From an uncultured Verrucomicrobiae bacterium (GTDB taxonomy: Bacteria > Verrucomicrobiota > Verrucomicrobiia > Limisphaerales > JAFGQR01), in the NCBI GenBank assembly GCA_963788655.1, contig CAWBHS010000006.1, positions 91,699 through 155,698 of the forward strand: a DNA stretch of 64,000 bases, read 5' to 3'. How positions within the stretch are numbered: the first letter of the stretch is position 1; each line of letters opens with the position of its first letter. Below are positions 44,734 through 54,902 of this stretch, in pieces. The notes under the pieces were generated by a model. The model was not told the origin of the DNA and searched no databases. It saw only the letters and a list, made by a program, of their open reading frames with translations. A program made the translations under genes and the position numbers.

Positions 44734-45902
44734 TTGATTGCCGAAGGTGGCAAAGCCGTGCCCGCTGCATTCGGCGCAACCACGCCTGCCGAAAGGCGAC
44801 TCTGAATTTGCTGTTGATATTCCTGAAGTTCAGCCTGATTGCCAATCGCCGCCGAAACCAAAGCCAGTTCCCGCTTCTCGCTCTGGAAATCCAAGCTGCT
44901 CGCAGTTTCCAACAACCGTTCCGCGGCTGCTTTGCGTGCCGCAAGCGGTGCGCATGACAGGAGATTGCGAAGCAGCGGCGTGTAGGTTTCACGTTGGCCT
45001 TCGCGCCATAGATAACGCGATGCCCGAACAGCGGCAGTCAGATTTTCATCCTTCGGATTTTTGAGCATGCCGATAATTACGTCGTCCATGTCCACGAGTG
45101 CAGCATCGCAAGAACCGGAGCGCGGAAAACGTCCGAGATTCTCGACGATCACGCTTACGCACTCCGACTTCTTAAGCTTTCCTAGCGCGAAGGCTGCGGT
45201 TCCAAAAATCCGAACATCACCCGTTGTTTTCAGAACGCTGGTCAGATCTGGTATGGCGCGTTCACCGTCGATGCGCATGAGGGAAAGACACGCTGGTCTC
45301 ACGATTTCGGCCACCTTTGCAGAAGCCGAATCGGTCAGCATTTCCCGCAATGCCTCGCGCGATTCGGCAATCCTGAGAATCCCCAAAGCTCTGATCGCGC
45401 TGGAGCGCAATTGAACGCCATGGCGGGAATCGGTCGCTGTCGCCAACAAGAATCCGGTGTCCTGTTTCGATTCGGCCTCGGACAACTGACCGTGATCTCT
45501 CATCGTCAGCGCCAAGTTAGCCATGGCACTGACGGCATACGCGGAATTCGTTTCATCCAAGGAGGCATCCTTGGCCAGTCGCCTTGCCTCACCAAAGAGC
45601 GTACCCAGCTCATCCGTTGACAACTTCCGGCGGTTGGCGTGCAGGACATCCAATGCGGTGGCGCGGGACGTTGACGATTCTTTCGTATCTGCGACGATCG
45701 CCATGCCTTGCGGGAAGGAATTGGAATTCCAGCGGGCACCGATGAACGCTTTCACACGAGGCGAGAACGCGGCTGCGACCCTCGGTGTCTGTTGCCCCTG
45801 TGCGCTGCCGGAATAAGCGATGGCAATCAAGACAGTGGCCCAACTGGCTATTGAAGCAACACGACCGACCTTCACGACTCTTGGATGACTTTTGAATTCC
45901 AT
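44730..45902 (-). CDS. Secreted HEAT-repeat protein
   Basis: Signal-like N-terminus; RSSAIRALG, TAAFALG repeats; TGA overlaps the next ATG. Confidence 0.75.
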   Translation of the reverse strand: MEFKSHPRVVKVGRVASIASWATVLIAIAYSGSAQGQQTPRVAAAFSPRVKAFIGARWNSNSFPQGMAIVADTKESSTSRATALDVLHANRRKLSTDELGTLFGEARRLAKDASLDETNSAYAVSAMANLALTMRDHGQLSEAESKQDTGFLLATATDSRHGVQLRSSAIRALGILRIAESREALREMLTDSASAKVAEIVRPACLSLMRIDGERAIPDLTSVLKTTGDVRIFGTAAFALGKLKKSECVSVIVENLGRFPRSGSCDAALVDMDDVIIGMLKNPKDENLTAAVRASRYLWREGQRETYTPLLRNLLSCAPLAARKAAAERLLETASSLDFQSEKRELALVSAAIGNQAELQEYQQQIQSRLSAGVVAPNAAGTALPPSAIK

Positions 45903-45909
45903 TTAGGCT

Positions 45910-46595
45910 TCACACCATACGAACCAGATTCTTCCGAAGGAGACAGATTGAAACCAATTGTTCCTTGGAGCCCATGGCCAGGCCGCACGGCCGTTCCGCT
46001 TGGGAATCACATTGCCAGACTGGTGCTCCAAATTGGATTGCACACGACGCACATCGCCAGGTTCCGCTGAGTGTGTTTTGCTGGCGCGAGGTTCTGACCG
46101 GAAATTGTGGCTCGTCGTTGACCAATTGCTCTTCGCCCAACGGGGTGCTCTTCACCGCAATGTCCGCAGAAATACTTGTTGCGTCGGGTGGAAAGATCGC
46201 CCGGAGTTCGGAAAAATCAGATTTCGTTTGTGTACAAATCTCATTCCAAGCGCGCCTGAAGGCTGGTCGTTGGAGATTGGAGGCTATGCCGTCGTGCCAA
46301 AACTTCCAGGTGTTGCGGCTGATGCGTCCGCGCTGGTGGAGAAACTCCTGCTCGTTGCAAAGGTCAAAGTAGTGATAAAACTCGTCCAAGTGGGCATTGT
46401 GTTCTTCCTCGCTTAGCTCTTTACCCATGAGTGCCTTGGTTGGAAGCGTGGCGGCAAGTTCTCGGTACTCGCGCGCAAACGAATCCTCGAAGGAGGTCAC
46501 GTTTTGTCGGTGCGCCATCCAGAGTCTGCCAGGCAGCGAAGATGACGCCGAGAGCAGTGGCGGTGTTCGCCGCTGCGGAGAGTATTTCAATCATG
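45910..46595 (-). CDS. Hypothetical membrane-anchored protein (frameshift near 46525)
   Basis: MIEILSAAANTATALGVIFAAWQ joins LWMAHRQNVTSFEDSFAREYREL...FYHYFDLCNEQ after removing one base. Confidence 0.65.
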
Positions 46596-46830
46596 GCGGA
46601 GAAGTGGATTAAACGATTTGTGATCCGACTGCTTTCGTTCTGCCGCGGGTTGTTGAGCAGGCACTTCCATTCCAGACCAGCACCACAAGGTGCGCAGTAA
46701 TCGGAATTCTTCGTTGGCCGACTTAGGTTGAGGCTTCACTCGGAAGATTCATCGGCCATCCTGTTCATCGAGTTGAGATATAAACCTTTTGCCCTGGGTG
46801 GAAAGGTGCAATCCCGAATGGATCCGAAGC

Positions 46831-47015
46831 AACACGCCTCACCGGTTTGGTAGGGCGAGACTCCGTCGAGCCCTGATTTCCCTGGGCGTTACCGCGAACG
46901 CGTTGCCGACGAAAGGAAAAACTTTTGGGTTCGAACGCTCAAGGCTTCCCGCGTTGACGCGGCCGGGTTGATGGCGGCGCTGCGGAGAAATCAGGGCTCG
47001 ACGGAGCGCCCTACC
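46831..47015. repeat. MITE/REPIN family A copy 3 (right boundary of island)
   Basis: Direct-orientation homologue of 42221-42404, including interior and 20 bp upstream flank. Confidence 0.88.
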
Positions 47016-47133
47016 GTGGGGCGGCAGCCGGGCTGGGTATTCAGTGCTTTTAACGGCTTTTTGTCGTGAATGGGATCGGCATTGGAAATTGACTTCCGTT
47101 GCTTCGGCGTGCATTCGGGAAGAGGCATGGACA

Positions 47134-47597
47134 GTGATCAACCCGGATAAATTTCGTCCCGGTGATGAAGTCCGCGTGCTGGCGCTTTCCCGTTCTCTCG
47201 GCGGCTTGAAACGGTATCCCGGATTCACCGACGCCGACATTACCGGTGGGCGGGAACGGCTGGAATCAATCGGCTTGCGGGTGTCGTTCGGGCGGCATGT
47301 CACGGAGAGCGATGCGCATTCGTATTGAACCTCGACATGGGCCTCCGCGCACTCACGTCCCAACCGGGATTCGGTCAGGTGCGCGGCATCGTCCTCGGCC
47401 GCTTTGCCCGGAACGCGGAGATTGACCGGGAGCGAATGACCGCGATGAATCGGAACATCCCCGCGATGGCCGCCATTCCCGTGATTGCCAACTGCGATTT
47501 TGGGCACGCCACGCCGCTGTTGACGTTGCCCATCGGCGGCCATTGCCTCATCCAGGCCTGCGGGAGCGAATCCAAGATCACCATGGAAACGCACTGA
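47134..47597 (+). pseudogene. S66 LD-carboxypeptidase/MccF remnant with large internal deletion
   Basis: N-terminal PGDEVRVLALSRS...RLESIGLRVSFG joined out of frame to C-terminal GIVLGRF...PVIANCDFGH...LPIGG; catalytic middle missing. Confidence 0.75.
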
Positions 47598-47701
47598 CGG
47601 GACGCTCATTTGTGGACCAAATGCTTAAATCTTGTCTCCCATTTATATCAAAGTATACTCTGGATCAGGTATAAACGTGTAGAGTTAGCTATAAATCTGA
47701 C

Positions 47702-48886
47702 ATGGATCCGATCAAGAATCCGTTTGCGCCCGGCGCTGGTTCACCGCCTCCCGAACTGGTTGGACGCGACCCAGTGCTTGAGCAGGCCCGTATCCTTCTG
47801 GGGCGCATCAAACAGAAGAAGTCGGAGAAGAGCTTGCTGCTCACTGGCTTGCGGGGCGTTGGCAAGACCGTGCTGCTTAATGAAATCGAGCGGATGGCTC
47901 AAGCGAGCGATTATCGGACAATCCCCATTGAAGCGCACGAGGACAAGCCTTTGGGACCGTTGATTGCTCCTCACCTGCGCACATTACTGTACGCGCTGAA
48001 CCGAATGGCGGGAGCCGGGGATAAGGTCAAGCGAGGCTTGGCTGTCCTTCGGAGTTTCGTTGGTACGCTGAAGGTAACCGTCGGCGAAGTCACCCTGGGA
48101 TTGGACATTGAGCCGGAAGCCGGGGCCGCCGACAGTGGCGACTTGGAAATTGATCTGCCTAATCTTTTCATTGCAGTTGCCGAAGCTGCCGAGGAACGAC
48201 ACAGCGCCGTCGCGGTGCTCATTGATGAGATTCAATATTTCAACCAGAAGGAATTGGGCGCCCTCATCATGGCCATGCATCGAGTTCAACAACGCCAGCT
48301 TCCCTTGGTCTTGTTGGGCGCGGGTCTGCCCATTCTCCCGGGCTTGGCCGGTGAGTCCAAGTCGTATGCCGAGCGTCTGTTTAACTTCCCCGACATCGGG
48401 GCTCTCTCTGAGGAAGACGCCGCCAAGGCCCTCCGCGAACCGGCGCAAGCCGCTGGCGTGGTCTTTGAAGCGCCGGCCTTGGGCGAGGTGTTTCGTCTCA
48501 CCCAAGGATACCCGTATTTCCTACAGGAGTGGGGTTACCAGTCATGGAATCTTGCTCCCGCCAGTCCCGTTACGCTCACCATTGTTGAAAACGCCACCGC
48601 ACGAGTGGTCCCCCGTTTGGACCAGAATTTCTTTCGGGTGCGTTTCGACCGGCTCACCCCCAGTGAAAAAAACTTCCTGCGCGCCGTGGCTGAACTCGGG
48701 CCGGGACCTCATCGCACCGGCGACATCGCCGATGCCTTGTGTGTTAAGATCAGCAGCCTTGGGCCCGTGCGCGCCAAGCTCATCAAGAAAGGCATGATCT
48801 ACAGCCCAGCGCATGGCGACATTGCCTTCACTGTGCCGCTCTTTGACGAATTCATGCGTCGGGCCATCCCTGAATTTAGACCGTAA
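47702..48886 (+). CDS. AAA+ ATPase (AAA_16/ORC-CDC6-like) with C-terminal winged helix
   Basis: NPFAPGAG.PP.ELVGR, GLRGVGKT, LIDEIQ, GYPYFLQ, LIKKGMIY. Confidence 0.85.
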   Translation: MDPIKNPFAPGAGSPPPELVGRDPVLEQARILLGRIKQKKSEKSLLLTGLRGVGKTVLLNEIERMAQASDYRTIPIEAHEDKPLGPLIAPHLRTLLYALNRMAGAGDKVKRGLAVLRSFVGTLKVTVGEVTLGLDIEPEAGAADSGDLEIDLPNLFIAVAEAAEERHSAVAVLIDEIQYFNQKELGALIMAMHRVQQRQLPLVLLGAGLPILPGLAGESKSYAERLFNFPDIGALSEEDAAKALREPAQAAGVVFEAPALGEVFRLTQGYPYFLQEWGYQSWNLAPASPVTLTIVENATARVVPRLDQNFFRVRFDRLTPSEKNFLRAVAELGPGPHRTGDIADALCVKISSLGPVRAKLIKKGMIYSPAHGDIAFTVPLFDEFMRRAIPEFRP

Positions 48887-49026
48887 CCGAAGCCTGCTAT
48901 GCCCCACTATCACTCAGATGGCTAAGCCCTGATCGACGCCGAAAAGCGCGGTCTCATTAAGTTAATCGGGCAGGGCAAAACGTTGGAGTAAGTTGTGGGC
49001 GCCTCCAACAATGCGAGATTTGTCCC

Positions 49027-49761
49027 CTACAGCACTTCGGTTTGGTAGGGCGGGATGATGACCAGGTCGGAGACAATGGCCCGGGCCGGCAACTTGGCGA
49101 GCATCACCACACAAGCGGCGATGTCTTCGGGTTGGAGCATTTCGGCGCGCCGAGCGGATGTGGGCGGTTCCAGCCGTTGGTCCACAATGGGGGTATTGAC
49201 TTCGCCGGGATAAATGTTCGTCACCCGGATGCCATTCATGCTGTCTTCCATATTGACGTAGGAGCCCAGAGCACTTTGGGCAAACTTGGCCGTGCAATAC
49301 GGCAAGCCAGCCAGCGCCAGCGTCCGCCGTCCGGCAATGGAGACAATGTTGATGATCAGGCCCTCGCCCTTGGCGCGCATTCCGGGGAGCACGGCATGAA
49401 GCACGTTGAAGGTTCCCGTCGTGTTGACCGCCAGGACGTGATCAAAATCCTCCGGCGTCACGTTGGCCATCATCCGCTTGGGCACATTGATGCCAGCGCA
49501 ATTGACGAGGATGTCCGGCGCGCCCAATTCGGTTTCGAGCCAGGAACCAAGGGCCAGTACGTCGGTGCGGTTGGCGACATCGCAAGTCTTCCACCACACC
49601 TTTCCTCCGTCCGCAATGGTGGCAGCCGCCTGCCGCAACGTCCGTTCGGTCCGTCCGCAGATCACCATCCGGCATCCCTCCGCCGCCAGTGCCTGGGCCG
49701 CCCCCAAACCAATCCCGCTCCCACCGCCGGTGACCAATGCGATCTTGTTCTTCAATTCCAT
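49027..49761 (-). CDS. SDR family oxidoreductase
   Basis: TGGGSGIG, NCAG, YCTAK. Confidence 0.9.
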   Translation of the reverse strand: MELKNKIALVTGGGSGIGLGAAQALAAEGCRMVICGRTERTLRQAAATIADGGKVWWKTCDVANRTDVLALGSWLETELGAPDILVNCAGINVPKRMMANVTPEDFDHVLAVNTTGTFNVLHAVLPGMRAKGEGLIINIVSIAGRRTLALAGLPYCTAKFAQSALGSYVNMEDSMNGIRVTNIYPGEVNTPIVDQRLEPPTSARRAEMLQPEDIAACVVMLAKLPARAIVSDLVIIPPYQTEVL

Positions 49762-50002
49762 AGTCGTCCTTTCTCAAGGCAAAGGTTCCCCTGCCTCGTA
49801 AGTGTCGTGCTGATTGCGGCGCCATCGTGCTGCCCCCGGCGCGGAAACACCAGCCCAAAAGGCGAAACACTGAAGGGCGAATGCCGAACGAAATCCGGGA
49901 GTCAATGGCCGAAAGCCGCTCCCGTTTCGAACCACCGCCGGGTCAAAGACGCCCCCACTTGTAAGCTTGAGTTCAAGCGGTTGCCGATTCATAACTGCGG
50001 GT

Positions 50003-51430
50003 GTGAAACACCATTTCTCCACCTGGATCAACATTGCCAGCGGACTGGCCGTCCTGCTGGTGGTTACGGCAGCATCGGTCGCTCTGGCGGCACCCGGCAC
50101 AAAGCCGAATATCGTTTACATCCTCGCCGACGACCTTGGCTGGACCGACCTCGGCTGCCAGGGTTCACAGTATTACGAAACGCCAAACATTGACCGGTTG
50201 GCCCGGGAAGGGATGCGCTGGACCAGCTTCTACAATTGCCAGAATTGCGCCCCCACTCGCGCGGCGTTAATGAGCGGGCAATACCCGCCGCGTACTGGGA
50301 TCTTTACCGTCGGGACGCTGGCCCGCGGACGCGCAGCCCAGCGCAAAATGAAGGTTCCCGCCAACGTCACCGAACTGCCGCTCGACCGCCGCACCATTGC
50401 CGACCAACTCAAAGCGGCCGGCTACGCCACCGGCATGTTCGGCAAGTGGCATCTGGGAGAGAACGCGGCCCATCATCCTCGGCGGCGCGGTTTCGACGAA
50501 GCCATTGTTTGCAACCGCACGCACTTCAATTTCAAACTGAATCCCCCGGTGGACTATCCCCCCGGCACCTATCTCGCGGATTTCCTGACCGACCGAGCGG
50601 TGGATTTCATCGAACGGCATCAGGCACATCCATTCTTCCTTTACCTGCCGCATTTCGCAGTCCACGCGCCGTATCAAGCCAAGCCGAAATTGATCAAGCG
50701 GTTCAATGACAAGCCAGCCGTCGGCGGTCATCACAATCCCACCTATGCCGCCATGATTGCCAGCGTCGATGAAAGTGTCGGGCGCGTTATGGCGAAACTG
50801 GAGGAACTGCACCTCGCCACCAACACGGTGCTGATTTTTTCCAGCGACAACGGCGGCGTGGGCGGCTACCAGGAAATCAATGGCAAAGGCGTCACGGATA
50901 ACGCGCCATTGCGCGGCGGCAAAGGCATGTTGTACGAAGGCGGGGTCCGGGTGCCGTTCATTGTTCGTTGGCCGGCGGTGGTTGCCCCGGGAACGTCATG
51001 TGACGAGCCGGCCATTCACGTCGATATGTATCCGACGTTTTTGGAAATCGGCGGCGCCTCGGCGCCACCCCATCAACCGCTGGATGGTTCGAGTTTGTTC
51101 CCGTGGTTCAAGAATCCGCAAACCACGCTCAGGCGGGACGCGCTCTACACTCATTTCCCCGGCTACCTGGAAGGTTACGGCACCACCCAATGGCGCACCG
51201 CGCCGGTGGGCACTATTCGAAGTGGGAATTGGAAGCTGCTCGAGTTTTTCGAAGACGGGCGACTCGAACTGTATAATCTGCAAAACGACCTCGGCGAACA
51301 AAGAGACCTTGCCGCAGCCATGCCGGAAAAAGCCCGCTCGCTCCAGGCAAAACTGGCCGCCTGGCGCCAGGCCTTGAACGCTCCGATGCCAATGGCGAAG
51401 AACGCGGGCAAGCAAACGGTGACGGATTGA
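50003..51430 (+). CDS. Sulfatase (S1 family)
   Basis: PNIVYILADDLG, CAPTR, GKWHLG, SDNGG; GTG start. Confidence 0.92.
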   Translation: MKHHFSTWINIASGLAVLLVVTAASVALAAPGTKPNIVYILADDLGWTDLGCQGSQYYETPNIDRLAREGMRWTSFYNCQNCAPTRAALMSGQYPPRTGIFTVGTLARGRAAQRKMKVPANVTELPLDRRTIADQLKAAGYATGMFGKWHLGENAAHHPRRRGFDEAIVCNRTHFNFKLNPPVDYPPGTYLADFLTDRAVDFIERHQAHPFFLYLPHFAVHAPYQAKPKLIKRFNDKPAVGGHHNPTYAAMIASVDESVGRVMAKLEELHLATNTVLIFSSDNGGVGGYQEINGKGVTDNAPLRGGKGMLYEGGVRVPFIVRWPAVVAPGTSCDEPAIHVDMYPTFLEIGGASAPPHQPLDGSSLFPWFKNPQTTLRRDALYTHFPGYLEGYGTTQWRTAPVGTIRSGNWKLLEFFEDGRLELYNLQNDLGEQRDLAAAMPEKARSLQAKLAAWRQALNAPMPMAKNAGKQTVTD

Positions 51431-51480
51431 CGCGGCCGCGCGGATCGGCATTGGAACGTCGGACTTCGGCTAGCCACCAA

Positions 51481-51596
51481 GTAGGACCAGCGTCCCGCCT
51501 GTCTCGGACATCCCGAGAACGCCCGGCATGGCCCATGACTTCGGTTGATATGCGGCGTCGCTCGCCATTCGGGACAGCCGAGACGGCTGTCCTGCT
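51481..51596. repeat. REP pair family B
   Basis: GTAGGACCAGCGTCCCGCCTGTC ... GGGACAGCCGAGACGGCTGTCCTGCT. Confidence 0.7.
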
Positions 51597-51652
51597 CTGA
51601 AGCGGCCGACTTCACTCTTTCCTTCGGCCAAGCATGTCGGCAAGGTGGAAGG

Positions 51653-53209
51653 GTGCCGACGTTGCACCGACCAAAGACACGCGTGCCCCGACGATCAATC
51701 ATCGTCGCGGCAATTGCCTGCGAAGCTTTCCTTCTCGCTCTCCCGGTGCTGGGCGGCACGGTATGGACGCACGACGGCCAGACGCACCACGGTTCATTGC
51801 ACGTTGAGGGCAGTGAGATCGTGATTCAGTCCGACCGCCACGGAACTCTCCGGCTTCCGCTGGCCGGGTTGTCTCGGGCAACGTTCGACGATCTTGAGCC
51901 GCAGTCCCCTGCCCTGCCCCACGCCGGGGGCGCTTCGGCAACCGGGGAAATCCCATCACCCGATCAGGAGCCGGGCGCCTGCATCCGGAAGCTTCTTCCG
52001 CCCGCGAAATCGCCAACCAACGTTTCGATGGCGGCACGCTGCAGATCCCTTCGTCCTCCGGTAGCGACTCAAATCAGGAGAAATGGATCCTCGTGACCAT
52101 GGGCACCAACGAAGCGCCGTTAAGCGCAAGTTGTTCGGCCGGCACCCTGACCCTCCACTGCGCCGGCGGTTCGTTGGAAACCAGCCTGGATGCTTTTGGC
52201 TCCGTATCTCGAACCGTGCCCGGCGACTTCGTGTTCACCGCCCATTTGACTCATTTGGAACTCAAAGGCAACGAAGCGGAACCCATGGCGGGATTGTTCC
52301 TCCAGCAAGACTACCAACCGGGGTCACCCCGCGCCGCCTACCTGGTCGATTCGGCCGAGAATCTCTGGCGTTTCACCCGCACGCGAACCGGTACGGCCGT
52401 CACCGTGACTAAAGACAAATTGAATCTGCCGATTTGGCTGCGGCTGGTGCGCGACGGCCATTCGGTGCGCTGTTATTCTTCGACCGACGGCTACAATTGG
52501 GAGCTTCAGGATCTGCTGGGCATGCGGATGCCAGAATCGGCCCAGGTAGGATTCGTCGCCTGCACGCCCGACTTGGACTCGCCCGCCTCGGCGGCGTTTG
52601 ATCGGATCCGGCTGACGTTGGGACCGCCCCCGATGGAGTCGGTGGACAAAGGCATCCTGCTCACCGACGGCACGTTTCTCGCCGAGCCGCTGATTGAACT
52701 CTCATCGCTGGAACTGACCGAAGAACACGTGTCCGTACGGATGGCCGGCCGGCCAGCCCCGCTGACCTTCGCCTCCGACCAACTGGCGCGCATCCTGTAT
52801 CAACCGTTGGCCACCGAGGATGCCGAACATTTCGCCGGCAAAACCGGTGTCCTGCTGCGGAATAAAGATTTCTCGGAAGGGGCCATGCACTCCGTGCGTC
52901 AGGGAGAGATTACCGTTGAATCCATCCTCCTGGGCCGGCATGTCTATCGTAGCTAACGCCGAAGTCGCCTGCGTGGTCCTGCGCGATCCCGAGCCGATCG
53001 ATGTTCCCATGGTCATTTCCACGCGCGAAGGTTCGCGCATCCGGGCCCGACGCGCACGGGGCGACGGAGATTCTCTGATGGTCAGCGAACCGCTCTTGGG
53101 TCCAATCGAACTTCCCCAATCAGCCCTTGGCGAAATCAATTGGCAAACAACCAAGACAAGTCCGGCTACCACCAACGCCAACGCCAACGCCCGCGCTAAT
53201 CGCAGTTGA
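51653..53209 (+). CDS. Secreted hypothetical protein with ConA-like (DUF1349-type) domain, split by frameshifts
   Basis: Signal peptide; LPIWLRLVRDG..V..YSSTDG.NW; three consecutive ORF fragments (51545, 52093, 52820). Confidence 0.55.
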
Positions 53210-53312
53210 CGAATCCATCGCCCGCCGGCACGCACGTGCCTTTTCACAGCTTTTCTGCGAAATCTGCTTCAACCGGGCCGGCATTTCGGGCAGGCTCTCG
53301 GAAGATTTGATC

Positions 53313-54902
53313 ATGAAAACAGAATGGCAAACAATCCAGGGCTTGGTTCTGGCCCTGGGGATCTTGACGCCGGTAACCGATTCCGCGGCCGGCGCGCCAC
53401 CGTTTACTCCGCTGCCAAACATCGTTTATATCCTGGCCGACGATCTCGGCTACGGCGATGTGCGCTGCCTGAATCCCGAAGGGAAAATTGCCACGCCCAG
53501 CATGGACCGGTTGGCCGCGGCGGGCATGGTCTTCACCGATGCCCATTCCAGTTCGTCCGTATGTACCTCCACCCGTTACGGCATCCTGACCGGCCGCTAT
53601 AATTGGCGGTCCCGCCTGAAACGCGGCGTGCTGGGCGGCTATTCGCGGCGGCTCATCGAGCCGGACCGATTGACGGTGGCGGAACTGCTACGCCGGCAGG
53701 GCTATGCCACGGCCTGCCTGGGCAAATGGCATTTGGGCATGGATTGGCCGCTGAAGGAAGGCGGCTTGGCAAGCAACGACAAGGACGCGTGGAAAGTGGA
53801 CTACACGCAGCCCATTCGCAACGGCCCCAATACCGTTGGCTTTGATTACTTCTTTGGCATCGCCGCTTCGCTCGACATGCCGCCCTACGTGTTTATCGAA
53901 AACAACCACGCGCAGGGAGTCCCCACCGTGGAGAAGACCTGGATCCGCAAAGGACCGGCGCAAACGGATTTCGAAGCCATCGATGTCCTGCCAACGCTCG
54001 GCCGCAAAGCCGTCCAATTTATCGCCGATCACGCCGCTCCCGCCAAAGCCGGCAAACCGTTCTTCCTCTATCTGCCATTGTCCGCGCCGCACACGCCCAT
54101 TCTGCCGACCGCCGAGTGGCAGGGCAAAAGCGGCCTCAACGCCTACGGCGATTTCGTCATGCAAACCGATCAAACCATCGGTCAGGTTCTGGCGGCGTTG
54201 GATCAGCAGGGAGTGGCGGAAAACACGCTGGTCTTCCTGGCCAGCGACAACGGCTGTTCGCCGCAAGCCAAGTTCGACGAACTCGCCGCCAAAGGGCATC
54301 ACCCCAGCTACCTTTTCCGGGGATATAAAGCCGACATTTTTGATGGCGGACACCATATTCCGTTCATCGTCCGTTGGCCCGGTAAGATCCGGCCCGGCTC
54401 GACCAGTAGTCAATTGGTGTGCCTCGTTGACCTCATGGCCACCTGCGCGGACATCGTCGGAGCCCGCCTGCCGGACAACGCGGGCGAAGACAGCGTCAGC
54501 CTGCTGCCGATCTTTCTGGGCCGCGACCAGGCCCCGTTGCGTGAAGCCGTGGTGCATCATTCGATCAATGGCTCGTTCTCCATCCGCCAAGGCCCCTGGA
54601 AGCTTGAATTGTGTCCCGGCTCCGGCGGCTGGAGCGCGCCCCGGCCCGGCAGCGCGGCCGCCGCGAACCTGCCGCCCATCCAACTCTATGATCTGGCCAC
54701 GGACATTGGCGAACGCACCAACGTGCAAAAGGACCATCCCGAAATCGTCGCTCGTCTGACCCGGCTGCTCGAAAAATACGTGACCGACGGACGCAGCACT
54801 CCGGGCGCTCCGCAGAGAAACACTGGTGCCGTCCAAATCCGGCGAGACAACCCGCGGCCGAAAACAACTCAAACCACCGCCCGGCAAAAGGCAAAACCAT
54901 GA
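53313..54902 (+). CDS. Arylsulfatase with variant CTSTR signature
   Basis: PNIVYILADDLGYGD, VCTSTRY, GKWHLG, SDNG. Confidence 0.9.
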   Translation: MKTEWQTIQGLVLALGILTPVTDSAAGAPPFTPLPNIVYILADDLGYGDVRCLNPEGKIATPSMDRLAAAGMVFTDAHSSSSVCTSTRYGILTGRYNWRSRLKRGVLGGYSRRLIEPDRLTVAELLRRQGYATACLGKWHLGMDWPLKEGGLASNDKDAWKVDYTQPIRNGPNTVGFDYFFGIAASLDMPPYVFIENNHAQGVPTVEKTWIRKGPAQTDFEAIDVLPTLGRKAVQFIADHAAPAKAGKPFFLYLPLSAPHTPILPTAEWQGKSGLNAYGDFVMQTDQTIGQVLAALDQQGVAENTLVFLASDNGCSPQAKFDELAAKGHHPSYLFRGYKADIFDGGHHIPFIVRWPGKIRPGSTSSQLVCLVDLMATCADIVGARLPDNAGEDSVSLLPIFLGRDQAPLREAVVHHSINGSFSIRQGPWKLELCPGSGGWSAPRPGSAAAANLPPIQLYDLATDIGERTNVQKDHPEIVARLTRLLEKYVTDGRSTPGAPQRNTGAVQIRRDNPRPKTTQTTARQKAKP

